Assembly: GCA_964016885.1 (NCBI GenBank)
Contig: OZ024745.1
Coordinates: forward strand, 10,974,001 to 11,038,000
Reading direction: 5' to 3'
Length of the DNA: 64,000 nt
Source: Eledone cirrhosa
Lineage: Eukaryota
Shown: piece after piece, positions 15,001 through 27,780 of the stretch
Layout: every line of letters starts with the position of its first letter
How positions within the stretch are numbered: position 1 is the first letter of the stretch
Notes under the pieces: model-generated
What the model saw: the letters and a program-made list of their open reading frames with translations, nothing else
Told to the model about the DNA's origin: nothing
The model's database searches: none
Translations under genes and position numbers: made by a program

Positions 15001-18000
15001 TGTCTCAGGTAGTATTATCTAAGGCTAGAGGTTGTCTCACTGTCTCAGGTATGTTATCTAAGGCTAGAGTTTGTATCACTGCCTCAGGTATGTTATGTAA
15101 GGCTAGAGGTTGTCTCACTGTCTCAGGTATGTTATGTAAATCTAGAGGTGGTCTCACTGTCTCAGGTATGTTATGTAAGGCTAGAGCTTGTCTCACTGTC
15201 TCAGGTATGTTATGTAAGGCTAGAGGTTGTCTCACTGTCTCAGGTATGTTATCTAAGGCTAGAGCTTGTCTCACTGTCTCAGGTATGTTATCTAAGGCTA
15301 GAGTATGTCTCACTGTATCAGGTATGTTATCTAAGGCTAGAAGTTGACTCACTGTCTCAGGTAGTATTATGTAAGGCTCGAGGTTGTCTCACTGTCTCAG
15401 GTATGTTATGTAAGGCTAGATATTGTCTCCCTGTCTCAGGTAGTATTATGTAAGGCTAGAGCTGTCTCACTGTCTCAGGTAGTATTATGTAAGGCTAGAG
15501 GTTGTCTCACTGTCTCAGGTAATATTATGTAAGGCTAGAGGTTGTCTCACTGTCTCAGGTATGTTATGTAAGGCTAGAGGTTGTCTCACTGTCTCAGGTA
15601 TGCTATGTAAGGCTAGAGGTTGTCTCACTGTCTCAGGTAGTATTATGTAAGGTTAGAGGTTGTCTCACTGTCTCAGGTAGTATTATGTAAGGCTAGAGGT
15701 TGTCTCACTGTCTCAGGTATGTTATGTAAGGCTCGAGGTTGTCTCACTGTCTCAGGTAGTATTATGTAAGGCTAGAGGTTGTCTCACTGTCTCAGGTAGT
15801 ATTATGTAAGGCTAGAGGTTGTCTCACTGTCTCAGGTATGTTATGTAAGGCTAGAGGTTGTCTCACTGTCTCAGGTAGTATTATGTTAGGCTAGAGGTTG
15901 TCTCACTGTCTCAGGTATGTTATGTAAGGCTAGAGGTTGTCTCACTGTCTCAGGTATGTTCTGTAAGACTAGAGGTTGTCTCACTGTCTCAGGTATGTTA
16001 TGTAAGGCTCGAGGTTGTCTCACTGTCTCAGGTATGTTATGTAAGGCTCGAGGTTGTCTCCCTGTCTCAGGTATGTTATGTAAGGCTAGAGGTTGTCTCA
16101 CTGTCTCAGGTAGTATTATGTAAGGCTAGAGGTTGTCTCACTGTCTCAGGTGTGTTATGTAAGGCTCGAGGTTGTCTCACTGTCTCAGGTAGTATTTTGT
16201 AAGGCTAGAGGTTGTCTCACTGTCTCAGGTATGTTATGTAAGGCTAGAGGATGTCTCACTGTCTCAGGTAGTATTATGTAAGACTAGAGGTCGTCTCACT
16301 GTCTCAGGTATGTTATGTAAGGCTAGAGCTTGTCTCACTGTCTCAGGTAGTATTATGTAAGGCTAGAGGTTGTCTCACTGTATCAGGTAGTATTATGTAA
16401 GGCTAGAGGTTGTCTCACTGTCTCAGGTAGTATTATGTAAGACTAGAGGTCGTCTCACTGTCTCAGGTATGTTATGTAAGGCTAGAGCTTGTCTCACAGT
16501 CTCAGGTATGTTATGTAAGGCTAGAGGTTGTCTCACTGTCTCAGGTAGTATTATCTAAGGCTAGAGGTTGCCTCACTGTCTCAGGTATGTTATGTAAGGC
16601 TAGAGGTTGTCTCACTGTGTCAGGTATGTTATGTAAGGCTAGAGGATGTCTCACTGTCTCAGGTATGTTATGTAAGGCTAGAGGTTGTCTCACTGTCTCA
16701 GTATGTTATCTAAGGCTAGAGTTTGTATCACTGCCTCAGGTATGTTATGTTAGGCTAGAGGTTGTCTCACTGTCTCAGGTATGTTATGTAAGACTAGAGG
16801 TTGTCTCACTGTCTGAGGTGTGTTATGTAAGGCTCGAGGTTGTCTCACTGTCTCAGGTAGTATTATGTAAGACTAGAGGTCGTCTCACTGTCTCAGGTAT
16901 GTTATGTAAGGCTAGAGCTTGTCTCACTGTCTCAGGTAGTATTATGTCAGGCTAGAGGTTGTCTCACTGTATCAGGTAGTATTATGTAAGGCTAGAGGTT
17001 GTCTCACTGTCTCAGGTAGTATTATGTAAGACTAGAGGTCGTCTCACTGTCTCAGGTATGTTATGTAAGGCTAGAGCTTGTCTCACTGTCTCAGGTATGT
17101 TATGTAAGGCTAGAGGTTGTCTCACTGTCTCAGGTAGTATTATCTAAGGCTAGAGGTTGTCTCACTGTCTCAGGTATGTTATCTAAGGCTAGAGTTTTTA
17201 TCACTGCCTCAGGTATGTTATGTAAGGCTAGAGGTTGTCTCACTGTCTCAGGTATGTTATGTAAGTCTAGAGGTTGTCTCACTGTCTCAGGTAGGTTATG
17301 TAAGGCTAGAGCTTGTCTCACTGTCTCAGGTATGTTATGTAAGGCTAGAGGTTGTCTCACTGTCTCAGGTATGTTATCTAAGGCTAGAGGTTGTCTCACT
17401 GTCTCAGGTATGTTATCTAAGGCTAGAGTATGTCTCACTGTCTCAGGTATGTTATCTAAGGCTAGAAGTTGACTCACTGTCTCAGGTAGTATTATGTAAG
17501 GCTCGAGGTTGTTTCACTGTCTCAGGTAAGTTATGTAAGGCTAGAGGATGTCTCACTGTCTCAGGTAGTATTATGTAAGGCTAGAGGTTGTCTCACTGAC
17601 TCAGGTAGTATTATGTAAGACTAGAGGTCGTCTCACTGTCTCAGGTATGTTATGTAAGGCTAGAGCTTGTCTCACTGTCTCAGGTATGTTATGTAAGGCT
17701 AGAGGTTGTCTCACTGTCTCAGGTGTGTTATGTAAGGCTCGAGGTTGTCTCACTGTCTCAGGTAGTATTATGTAAGACTAGAGGTCGTCTCACTGTCTCA
17801 GGTATGTTATGTAAGGCTAGAGCTTGTCTCACTGTCTCAGGTAGTATTATGTAAGGCTAGAGGTTGTCTCACTGTATCAGGTAGTATTATTTAAGGCTAG
17901 AGGTTGTCTCACTGTCTCAGGTAGTATTATGTGAGACTAGAGGTCGTCTCACTGTCTCAGGTATGTTATGTAAGGCTAGAGCTTGTCTCACTGTCTCAGG

Positions 18001-21000
18001 TAGTATTATGTAAGGCTAGAGGTTGTCTCACTGTATCAGGTAGTATTATGTAAGGCTAGAGGTTGTCTCACAGTCTCAGGTAGTATTATGTAAGACTAGA
18101 GGTCGTCTCACAGTCTCAGGTATGTTATGTAAGGCTAGAGGTTGTCTCACTGTCTCAGGTAGTATTATCTAAGGCTAGAGGTTGCCTCACTGTCTCAGGT
18201 ATGTTATGTAAGGCTAGAGGTTGTCTCACTGTGTCAGGTATGTTATGTAAGGCTAGAGGATGTCTCACTGTCTCAGGTATGTTATGTAAGGCTAGAGGTT
18301 GTCTCACTGTCTCAGTATGTTATCTAAGGCTAGAGTTTGTATCACTGCCTCAGGTATGTTATGTTAGGCTAGAGGTTGTCTCACTGTCTCAGGTATGTTA
18401 TGTAAGACTAGAGGTTGTCTCACTGTCTGAGGTGTGTTATGTAAGGCTCGAGGTTGTCTCACTGTCTCAGGTAGTATTATGTAAGACTAGAGGTCGTCTC
18501 ACTGTCTCAGGTATGTTATGTAAGGCTAGAGCTTGTCTCACTGTCTCAGGTAGTATTATGTCAGGCTAGAGGTTGTCTCACTGTATCAGGTAGTATTATG
18601 TAAGGCTAGAGGTTGTCTCACTGTCTCAGGTAGTATTATGTAAGACTAGAGGTCGTCTCACTGTCTCAGGTATGTTATGTAAGGCTAGAGCTTGTCTCAC
18701 TGTCTCAGGTATGTTATGTAAGGCTAGAGGTTGTCTCACTGTCTCAGGTAGTACTATCTAAGGCTAGAGGTTGTCTCACTGTCTCAGGTATGTTATCTAA
18801 GGCTAGAGTTTTTATCACTGCCTCAGGTATGTTATGTAAGGCTAGAGGTTGTCTCACTGTCTCAGGTATGTTATGTAAGTCTAGAGGTTGTCTCACTGTC
18901 TCAGGTAGGTTATGTAAGGCTAGAGCTTGTCTCACTGTCTCAGGTATGTTATGTAAGGCTAGAGTTTGTCTCACTGTCTCAGGTATGTTATCTAAGGCTA
19001 GAGGTTGTCTCACTGTCTCAGGTATGTTATCTAAGGCTAGAGTATGTCTCACTGTCTCAGGTATGTTATCTAAGGCTAGAAGTTGACTCACTGTCTCAGG
19101 TAGTATTATGTAAGGCTCGAGGTTGTTTCACTGTCTCAGGTAAGTTATGTAAGGCTAGAGGATGTCTCACTGTCTCAGGTAGTATTATGTAAGGCTAGAG
19201 GTTGTCTCACTGACTCAGGTAGTATTATGTAAGACTAGAGGTCGTCTCACTGTCTCAGGTATGTTATGTAAGGCTAGAGCTTGTCTCACTGTCTCAGGTA
19301 TGTTATGTAAGGCTAGAGGTTGTCTCACTGTCTCAGGTGTGTTATGTAAGGCTCGAGGTTGTCTCACTGTCTCAGGTAGTATTATGTAAGACTAGAGGTC
19401 GTCTCACTGTCTCAGGTATGTTATGTAAGGCTAGAGCTTGTCTCACTGTCTCAGGTAGTATTATGTAAGGCTAGAGGTTGTCTCACTGTATCAGGTAGTA
19501 TTATTTAAGGCTAGAGGTTGTCTCACTGTCTCAGGTAGTATTATGTGAGACTAGAGGTCGTCTCACTGTCTCAGGTATGTTATGTAAGGCTAGAGCTTGT
19601 CTCACTGTCTCAGGTAGTATTATGTAAGGCTAGAGGTTGTCTCACTGTATCAGGTAGTATTATGTAAGGCTAGAGGTTGTCTCACTGTCTCAGGTAGTAT
19701 TATGTAAGACTAGAGGTCGTCTCACTGTCTCAGGTATGTTATGTAAGGCTAGAGCTTGTCTCACTGTCTCAGGTATGTTATGTAAGGCTAGAGGTTGTCT
19801 CACTGTCTCAGGTAGTATTATCTAAGGCTAGAGGTTGCCTCACTGTCTCAGGTATGTTATGTAAGGCTAGAGGTTGTCTCACTGTGTCAGGTATGTTATG
19901 TAAGGCTAGAGGATGTCTCACTGTCTCAGGTATGTTATGTAAGGCTAGAGGTTGTCTCACTGTCTCAGTATGTTATCTAAGGCTAGAGTTTGTATCACTA
20001 CCTCAGGTATGTTATGTTAGGCTAGAGGTTGTCTCACTGTCTCAGGTATGTTATGTAAGACTAGAGGCTGTCTCACTGTCTGAGGTGTGTTATGTAAGGC
20101 TCGAGGTTGTCTCACTGTCTCAGGTAGTATTATGTAAGACTAGAGGTCGTCTCACTGTCTCAGGTATGTTATGTAAGGCTAGAGCTTGTCTCACTGTCTC
20201 AGGTAGTATTATGTCAGGCTAGAGGTTGTCTCACTGTATCAGGTAGTATTATGTAAGGCTAGAGGTTGTCTCACTGTCTCAGGTAGTATTATGTAAGACT
20301 AGAGGTCGTCTCACTGTCTCAGGTATGTTATGTAAGGCTAGAGCTTGTCTCACTGTCTCAGGTATGTTATGTAAGGCTAGAGGTTGTCTCACTGTCTCAG
20401 GTAGTATTATCTAAGGCTAGAGGTTGTCTCACTGTCTCAGGTATGTTATCTAAGGCTAGAGTTTTTATCACTGCCTCAGGTATGTTATGTAAGGCTAGAG
20501 GTTGTCTCACTGTCTCAGGTATGTTATGTAAGTCTAGAGGTTGTCTCACTGTCTCAGGTAGGTTATGTAAGGCTAGAGCTTGTCTCACTGTCTCAGGTAT
20601 GTTATGTAAGGCTAGAGGTTGTCTCACTGTCTCAGGTATGTTATCTAAGGCTAGAGGTTGTCTCACTGTCTCAGGTATGTTATCTAAGGCTAGAGTATGT
20701 CTCACTGTCTCAGGTATGTTATCTAAGGCTAGAAGTTGACTCACTGTCTCAGGTAGTATTATGTAAGGCTCGAGGTTGTCTCACTGTCTCAGGTAAGTTA
20801 TGTAAGGCTAGAGGATGTCTCACTGTCTCAGGTAGTATTATGTAAGGCTAGAGGTTGTCTCACTGTCTCAGGTAGTATTATGTAAGACTAGAGGTCGTCT
20901 CACTGTCTCAGGTATGTTATGTAAGGCTAGAGCTTGTCTCACTGTCTCAGGTATGTTATGTAAGGCTAGAGGTTGTCTCACTGTCTCAGGTGTGTTATGT

Positions 21001-24000
21001 AAGGCTCGAGGTTGTCTCACTGTCTCAGGTAGTATTATGTAAGACTAGAGGTCGTCTCACTGTCTCAGGTATGTTATGTAAGGCTAGAGCTTGTCTCACT
21101 GTCTCAGGTAGTATTATGTAAGGCTAGAGGTTGTCTCACTGTATCAGGTAGTATTATTTAAGGCTAGAGGTTGTTTCACTGTCTCAGGTAGTATTATGTG
21201 AGACTAGAGGTCGTCTCACTGTCTCAGGTATGTTATGTAAGGCTAGAGCTTGTCTCACTGTCTCAGGTATGTTATGTAAGGCTAGAGGTTGTCTCACTGT
21301 CTCAGGTAGTATTATCTAAGGCTAGAGGTTGTCTCACTGTCTCAGGTATGTTATCTAAGGCTAGAGTTTGTATCACTGCCTCAGGTATGTTATGTAAGGC
21401 TAGAGGTTGTCTCACTGTCTCAGGTATGTTATGTAAATCTAGAGGTGGTCTCACTGTCTCAGGTATGTTATGTAAGGCTAGAGCTTGTCTCACTGTCTCA
21501 GGTATGTTATGTAAGGCTAGAGGTTGTCTCACTGTCTCAGGTATGTTATCTAAGGCTAGAGGTTGTCTCACTGTCTCAGGTATGTTATCTAAGGCTAGAG
21601 TATGTCTCACTGTCTCAGGTATGTTATCTAAGGCTAGAAGTTGACTCACTGTCTCAGGTAGTATTATGTAAGGCTCGAGGTTGTCTCACTGTCTCAGGTA
21701 AGTTATGTAAGGCTAGAGGATGTCTCACTGTCTCAGGTAGTATTATGTAAGGCTAGAGGTTGTCTCACTGTCTCAGGTAGTATTATGTAAGGCTAGAGGT
21801 TGTCTCACTCTCTCAGGTATGTTATGTAAGGCTAGAGGATGTCTCACTGTCTCAGGTATGTTATGTAAGGCTAAAAGTTGTCTCACTGTCTCAGGTATGT
21901 TATCTAAGGCTAGAAGTTGTCTCACTGTCTCAGGTATGTTATCTAAGGCTAGAGGTTTTCTCACTGTCTCAGGTATGTTATGTAAGGCTAGAGGATGTCT
22001 CACTGTCTCAGGTATGTTATGTAAGGCTAGAGGTTGTCTCACTGTGTCAGGTATGTTATGTAAGGCTAGAGGATGTCTCACTGTCTCAGGTATGTTATGT
22101 AAGGCCAGAGGTTGTCTCACTGTCTCACGTATGTTCTGTAAGGCTAGAGGTTGTCTCACTGTCTCAGGTATGTTATGTAAGGCTAGAGGATGTCTCACTG
22201 TCTCAGGTATGTTATGTAAGACTAGAGGTTGTCTCACTGTCTCAGGTATGTTATGTAAGGCTAGAGGTTGTCTCACTGTCTCAGGTATGTTATGTAAGGC
22301 TAGAAGTTGTATCACTGTCTCAGGTATGTTATGTAAGGTTAGAGGTTGTCTCACTGTCTCAGGTAGTATTATGTAAGGCTAGAGGTTGTCTCACTGTCTC
22401 AGGTATGTTATGTAAGGCTAGAGGTTGTCTCACTGTCTCAGGTAGTATTATGTAAGGCTAGAGGTTGTCTCACTGTCTCAGGTATGTTATGTAATGCTAG
22501 AGGTTGTCTCACTGTCTCAGGTATGTTATGTAAGGCTAGAGGTTGTCTCACTGTCTCAGGTATGTTATGTAAGACTCGAGGTTGTCTCACTGTCTCAGGT
22601 ATGTTATGTAAGGCTCGAGGTTGTCTCACTGTCTCAGGTATGTTATGTAAGGCTAGAGGTTGTTCCACTGTCCCAGGTATGTTATGTAAGGCTAGAGGTT
22701 GTCTCACTGTCTCAGGTATGTTATGTAAGGCTCGAGGTTGTCTCACTGTCTCAGGTATGTTATGTAAGGCTCGAGGTTGTCTCACTGTCTCAGGTATGTT
22801 ATGTAAGGCTCGAGGTTGTCTCACTGTCTCAGGTATGTTATGTAAGGCTAGAGGTTGTTCCACTGTCCCAGGTATGTTATGTAAGGCTAGAGGTTGTCTC
22901 ACTGTCTCAGGTATGTTATGTAAGGCTCGAGGTTGTCTCACTGTCTCAGGTATGTTATGTAAGGCTAGAGGTTGTTTCACTGTCCCAGGTATGTTATGTA
23001 AGGCTAGAGGTTGTTTCACTGTCCCAGGTATGTTATGTAAGGCTAGAGGTTGTCTCACTGTCCCAGGTATGTTATGTAAGGCTAGAGGTTGTTTCACTGT
23101 CCCAGGTATGTTATGTAAGGCTAGAGGTTGTTTCACTGTCCCAGGTATGTTATCTAAGGCTAGAGGTTGTCTCACTGTCCCAGGTATGTTATGTAAGGCT
23201 AGAGGTTGTTTCACTGTCCCAGGTATGTTATCTAAGGCTAGAGGTTGTCTCACTGTCCCAGGTATGTTATGTAAGGCTAGAGGTTGTTTCACTGTCCCAG
23301 GTATGTTATGTAAGGCTAAAGGATGTCTCACTGTCTCAGGTATGTTATGTAAGGCTAGAGGATGTCTCACTGTCTCAGGTATGTTATGTAAGGCTAGAGG
23401 ATGTCTCACTGTCTCAGGTATATTATGTAAGGCTAGAGGATGTCTCACTGTCTCAGGTATGTTATGTAAGGCTAGAGGTTGTCTCACTGTCTCAGGTAGT
23501 ATTATGTAAGGCTAGAGGTTGTCTCACTGTCTCAGGTATGTTGTGTAAGGCTAGAGGTTGTCTCACTGTCTCAGGTAGTATTATGTAAGGCTAGAGGTTG
23601 TCTCACTGTCTCAGGTATGTTATGTAAGGCTAGAGGTTGTCTCACTGTCTCAGGTAGTATTATGTAAGACTAGAGGTTGTCTCACTGTCTCAGGTATGTT
23701 ATGTGAGGCTCGAGGTGTCTCACTGTCTCAGGTAGTATTATGTAAGGCTAGAGGTTGTCTCACTGTCTCAGGTATGTTATGTAAGGCTAGAGGTTGTCTC
23801 ACTGTCTCAGGTATGTTATGTAAGGCTAGAGGTTGTCTCACTGTCTCAGGTAGTATTATGTAAGGCTAGAGGTTGTCTCACTGTCTCAGGTATGTTATGT
23901 AAGGCTAGAGGTTGTCTCACTGTCTCAGGTATGTTATGTAAGGCTAGAGGTTGTCTCACTGTCTCAGGTATGTTATGTAAGGCTAGAGGTTGTCTCACTG

Positions 24001-24470
24001 TCTCAGGTAGTATTATGTAAGGCTAGAGGTTGTCTCACTGTCTCAGGTAGTATTATGTAAGGCTAGAGGTTGTCTCACTGTCTCAGGTAGTATTATGTAA
24101 GAATAGAGGTTCTCTCACTGTCTCAGGTATGTTATGTAAGGCTAGAGGTTGTCTCACTGTCTCAGGTAGTATTATGTAAGGCTAGAGGTTGTCTCACTGT
24201 CTCAGGTAGTATTATGTAAGGCTAGAGGTTGTCTCACTGTCTCAGGTATGTTATGTAAGGCTCGAGGTTGTCTCACTGTCTCAGGTATGTTATGTAAGGC
24301 TAGAGGTTGTCTCACTGTCTCATGTATGTTATGTAATGCTAGAGGTTGTCTCACTGTCTCAGGTATGTTATGTAAGGCTAGAGGTTGTCTCACTGTCTCA
24401 GGTAGTATTATGTAAGGCTAGAGGTTGTTACACTGTCTCAGGTAGTATTATGTAAGGCTAGAGGTTGTCT
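1..24470. repeat. 39/40-bp satellite array (~620 monomers; runs off the left edge of the window)
   Basis: Monomer AGGCTAGAGGTTGTCTCACTGTCTCAGGTATGTTATGTA (39 bp), interspersed with a 40-bp variant (...GGTAGTATTATGTA). Ends abruptly at ~24470. Copy number estimated as length/39.3. Confidence 0.99.
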
Positions 24471-24554
24471 AATTGGCCTAAATACTTTCTCGTTGATTTA
24501 AGAGTTTTTCGTTTGACCCAAGAAGCTTCTAAACTCTTATCCTCTATTGGACAT

Positions 24555-24651
24555 CGGATAGAATGTTTTACGATATTTGTTTCGCCTCTCTGTTCTCTGA
24601 GTTCAAATTTCCGTGAAGTCAGCTTTGATTTTCATCCTTTCAAGGTCAATA
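24555..24651 (+). mobile_element. Degenerate tRNA-derived SINE fragment (octopus-type)
   Basis: CTGAGTTCAAAT...GTCAGCTTTGATTTTCATCCTTT matches the core of the better-preserved copies at 33891 and 41510. Confidence 0.6.
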
Positions 24652-25074
24652 CTTCCTCTATATATATTTATCACTTCCTCTTTATTACACTCTTCCCTTC
24701 TCTGAAATAACTCAGTTGTGTTTTGAAGAGAGATGGGCTCCGTATGGTTTAAAATGTTGAAAACAGGTCGTACGTCACTTCGGCACCCTCTACGACTCAT
24801 GATAACTTACTAATGCGGTTTCATGCGGGACAGGACGTTGTGAGTTAACGCGAGTAGCTTCTGGTAGTAGACATAATGGAGGTAAATAAAGTACATTCTG
24901 TCGGAATGGGACAATTATTATTGGTCTTCACGTTTTTCTCGGTTGGACCCAATACAGTGATTGAGGCTTAACAGAATGTTGTGTGTCGGCAATGTCTGTC
25001 TGGGTGGCAGCTTTAGTATTTCTTTCTTTATGACATTGTAGAAATATCCTTGTGTCTGTCTGAGATTCATGGAA

Positions 25075-25292
25075 TGGTTTCTACTTTAGGTACAAGGCCA
25101 ACAATTTTGGAGGAGGGGAAAGTCGAATAAATCGACCCCAGTGCGTTACTGGTACCTTATTTTATGGACCCCCGTAAGGATGAAAGTCAAACCTAATCTC
25201 GGCGGGATTTGAACACAGAAAATAAGAGGCCGTAACTCGTGTCGCTAAGCATGTTGCCCGACGCTCTACCGATTCTGCCAATCTACTGCCCT
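25075..25292 (-). mobile_element. tRNA-derived SINE (octopus-type)
   Basis: Reverse complement reads GGCAGAATCGGTAGAGCG...GTTCAAATCCCGCCGAG...CTTTCATCCTTACGGGGGTC...GTACCAGT...GGCCTTGTACCTAAAGTAGAAAC; A/B-box-like head; same family as 33891. Confidence 0.85.
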
Positions 25293-25339
25293 CATGGAAT
25301 ATATAAGGGTAAAGATTACGAGGGTCTTTTGTTGTTATT

Positions 25340-25500
25340 GTTCAGGTTCTTTAAGTTTTGAATTCAAATCCCGCCCAGTCCAAGTTTACCTTTCATCCTT
25401 CCGAGGTTAATAAATAAAGAATTAATCAAGTTCTGGGGTCAATGTAATCGATATTCTCCTCATCCAAATTATTGGCCCTGTGCTTAAATTAGAAACTATT
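25340..25500 (+). mobile_element. tRNA-derived SINE, degenerate copy
   Basis: TTCAAATCCCGCC...TTTACCTTTCATCCTTCCGAGG...GGCCCTGTGCTTAAATTAGAAAC; inverted relative to the 25075 copy. Confidence 0.75.
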
Positions 25501-25659
25501 ATATTGGGTAGGTGAAGGGTGAATGAGGATTATTGTAGTAACTTGTAGGGTCGGAGCTCAGTGATCTCCCCCCCCCCCCCCTCCTCCACCACCACCACCT
25601 CTTTCTCCTTCTATTTCATAATGATAATGGTAGTAATGTGTAGGGTCGTAACTCAGTCA

Positions 25660-25980
25660 GATGGTGGTGATGATGATGGTGGTGATGATGATGGTGATGG
25701 TGGTGGTGATGATGATGGTGATGGTGATGGTGGTGGTGAGATGGTGGTGGTGATATGGAGGTGATGATGGTGATGATGGTGATGATGATGATGATGGTGG
25801 TGGGGATGGTGATGGTGGTGGTAATGATGGTGGTGGTGATGGTGATGGTGGTGGTGATAATGGTGATGATGATGGTGATGATGATGATGGTGGTGGTGAT
25901 GGTGATGGTGATGGTGGTGGAGATGATGATGATGATGGTTGTGATGGTGGTGGTGATGATGGTGATGGTGATGATGGCGG
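25660..25980. repeat. (GAT/GGT)n trinucleotide low-complexity tract
   Basis: Direct reading; forms the outer part of the left arm of the foldback. Confidence 0.95.
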
Positions 25981-26653
25981 TGTATTTCATTTTAAACCAA
26001 ACTCTCTAATAACTTCAAAGGCATGCGTATTTAACTTCTCTGCCTAAGAATGCAGCGAAGAGGAAGAGAGAATCTCTTCAGAAACATAGAAATACTAGTT
26101 CTGGTGTCAACTATACCAACAGGAGGAACTTTTACATCCACTCTCGTCTCCAGTTGCCAACATATTCTCTCATTGACACACTCAACATTTTATAAAAACA
26201 ACAAAAACCACAACAAAAACCACAACAAAAAACCACAACAAAAACCACAACAAAAACCACAACAAAAACCACAACAAAAACCACAACAAAAAACCACAAC
26301 AAAAACCACAACAAAAACCACAACAAAAAAACACAACAAAAACCACAACAAAAACCACAACAAAAACCACAACAAAAAAACACAACAAAAACCACAACAA
26401 AAACCACAACAAAAACCACAACAACCCCTCTTCCTCTTCGCTGCATTCTTAGACAGAAGTTAAATACGCATGCCTTTGAAGTTATTAGAGAGTTTGGTTT
26501 AAAATGAAATACACCACCATCATCACCATCACCATCATCACCACCACCATCACCAACACCGCCATCATCACCATCACCATCATCACCACCACCATCACCA
26601 TCATCGCCATCATCACCATCACCATCATCACCACCACCATCACCATCACCATC
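25840..26653. repeat. Foldback (inverted repeat) with ~88-bp unique arms extended by GAT/GGT versus ATC/ACC repeats
   Basis: 25979-26068 (GTGTATTTCATTTTAAACC...GCAGCGAAGAGGAAGAG) is the near-perfect reverse complement of 26428-26515. Confidence 0.93.
26195..26425. repeat. 12-bp tandem repeat (AAAAACCACAAC)n inside the foldback loop
   Basis: About 18 copies, with occasional 13-bp variants. Confidence 0.95.
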
Positions 26654-26851
26654 AACAAAACAAACAAAAGCTCAAAACAAAACAATTGTAACCATCCAAT
26701 TGTTTCAGTCCAGTTCTGGTGAGGGACGAGGAATTAAACAAATTCATTGTTTTACGGTAAACCATGTTTAGGTCTGCATTGGTGTTTCGTGGAGGATGTT
26801 GAGTCCTTTTTATCTCCTCACCTCCTGTATGATGTGTGGCTTCATTAATGA

Positions 26852-27240
26852 GTGGAGGGGTGGAGGACTGGTGGGGTGGAGGGGTGGATGGGTGGAGGGC
26901 TGGACGACTGGAGAGGTGGAGGAGTGGTGGGGTGGAGGACTGGTGGGGTGGAGGGGTGGAGGGCTGGACGACTGGAGAGGTGGAGGAGTGGTGGGGTGGA
27001 GGACTGGTGGGGTGGAGGGTGGAGGGATGGACGACTGGAGGGGTAGGAGGACTGGTGGGGTGGAGGACTGGTGGGGTGGAGGATTGGTGGGGTGGAGGAC
27101 TGGTGGGGTGGAGGACTGGAGGGGTGGAGGACTGGAGGGGTGGAGGACTGGTGAGGTGGAGGACTGGTGGGGTGGAGGACTGGAGGGGTGGAGGACTGGA
27201 GGGGTGGAGGACTGGTGAGGTGGAGGACTGGTGGGGTGGT
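26852..27240. repeat. G-rich 17-bp minisatellite (GGAGGACTGGTGGGGTG)n
   Basis: Direct reading; degenerate 5' copies. Confidence 0.9.
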
Positions 27241-27330
27241 AAAGGGCAGAAGTATCGGACAACCAACCGAAGTGTTGGTAGAAAATATCTTAAGTTCTTT
27301 GATGTGTCCAGAATGAAGTCATTTAATTTT

Positions 27331-27405
27331 CAATACACCGTAACTAGGTGTAATCAATACACCGTAACTAGGTGTAATCAATACACCGTAACTAGGTGTA
27401 ACCAA
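27331..27405. repeat. 24-bp tandem repeat x3 (CAATACACCGTAACTAGGTGTAAT)
   Basis: Three copies, each with an internal hairpin TACACC/GGTGTA. Confidence 0.9.
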
Positions 27406-27479
27406 TTACCCCGAACTGATGTAGTGTCATAGAGTCAGCAGTGGGAGTAGTGAAACACTAACCACTGTTTCAGGATCTT

Positions 27480-27511
<32 letters not shown>

Positions 27512-27704
27512 GGATATATATATATGTACATACATATACACACACACACACATACCCCCCCCCCCCCTCCCCACATATATATATATATATAAAATCAATA
27601 TAAATCTATGTGTATTATTATATATATATAAATATATTTTTTTTTTGCGTTTCGTTTCGCCTTTTCCTGCCGGCCGAAAATGCGATTCTCGCTGAATCTT
27701 TATT

Positions 27705-27768
<64 letters not shown>

Positions 27769-27780
27769 CAAATTTACGAA

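Noticed and set aside
1-24470. Dozens of MLCKARGCLTVSG / RQPLALHNIPETV ORFs
   Set aside because: Artefacts of a 39-bp (13-codon) monomer; broken by every 40-bp unit.
24720-25065. Unique sequence beside the satellite as a terminal exon
   Set aside because: Only short open frames, no recognisable motif and no convincing splice sites.
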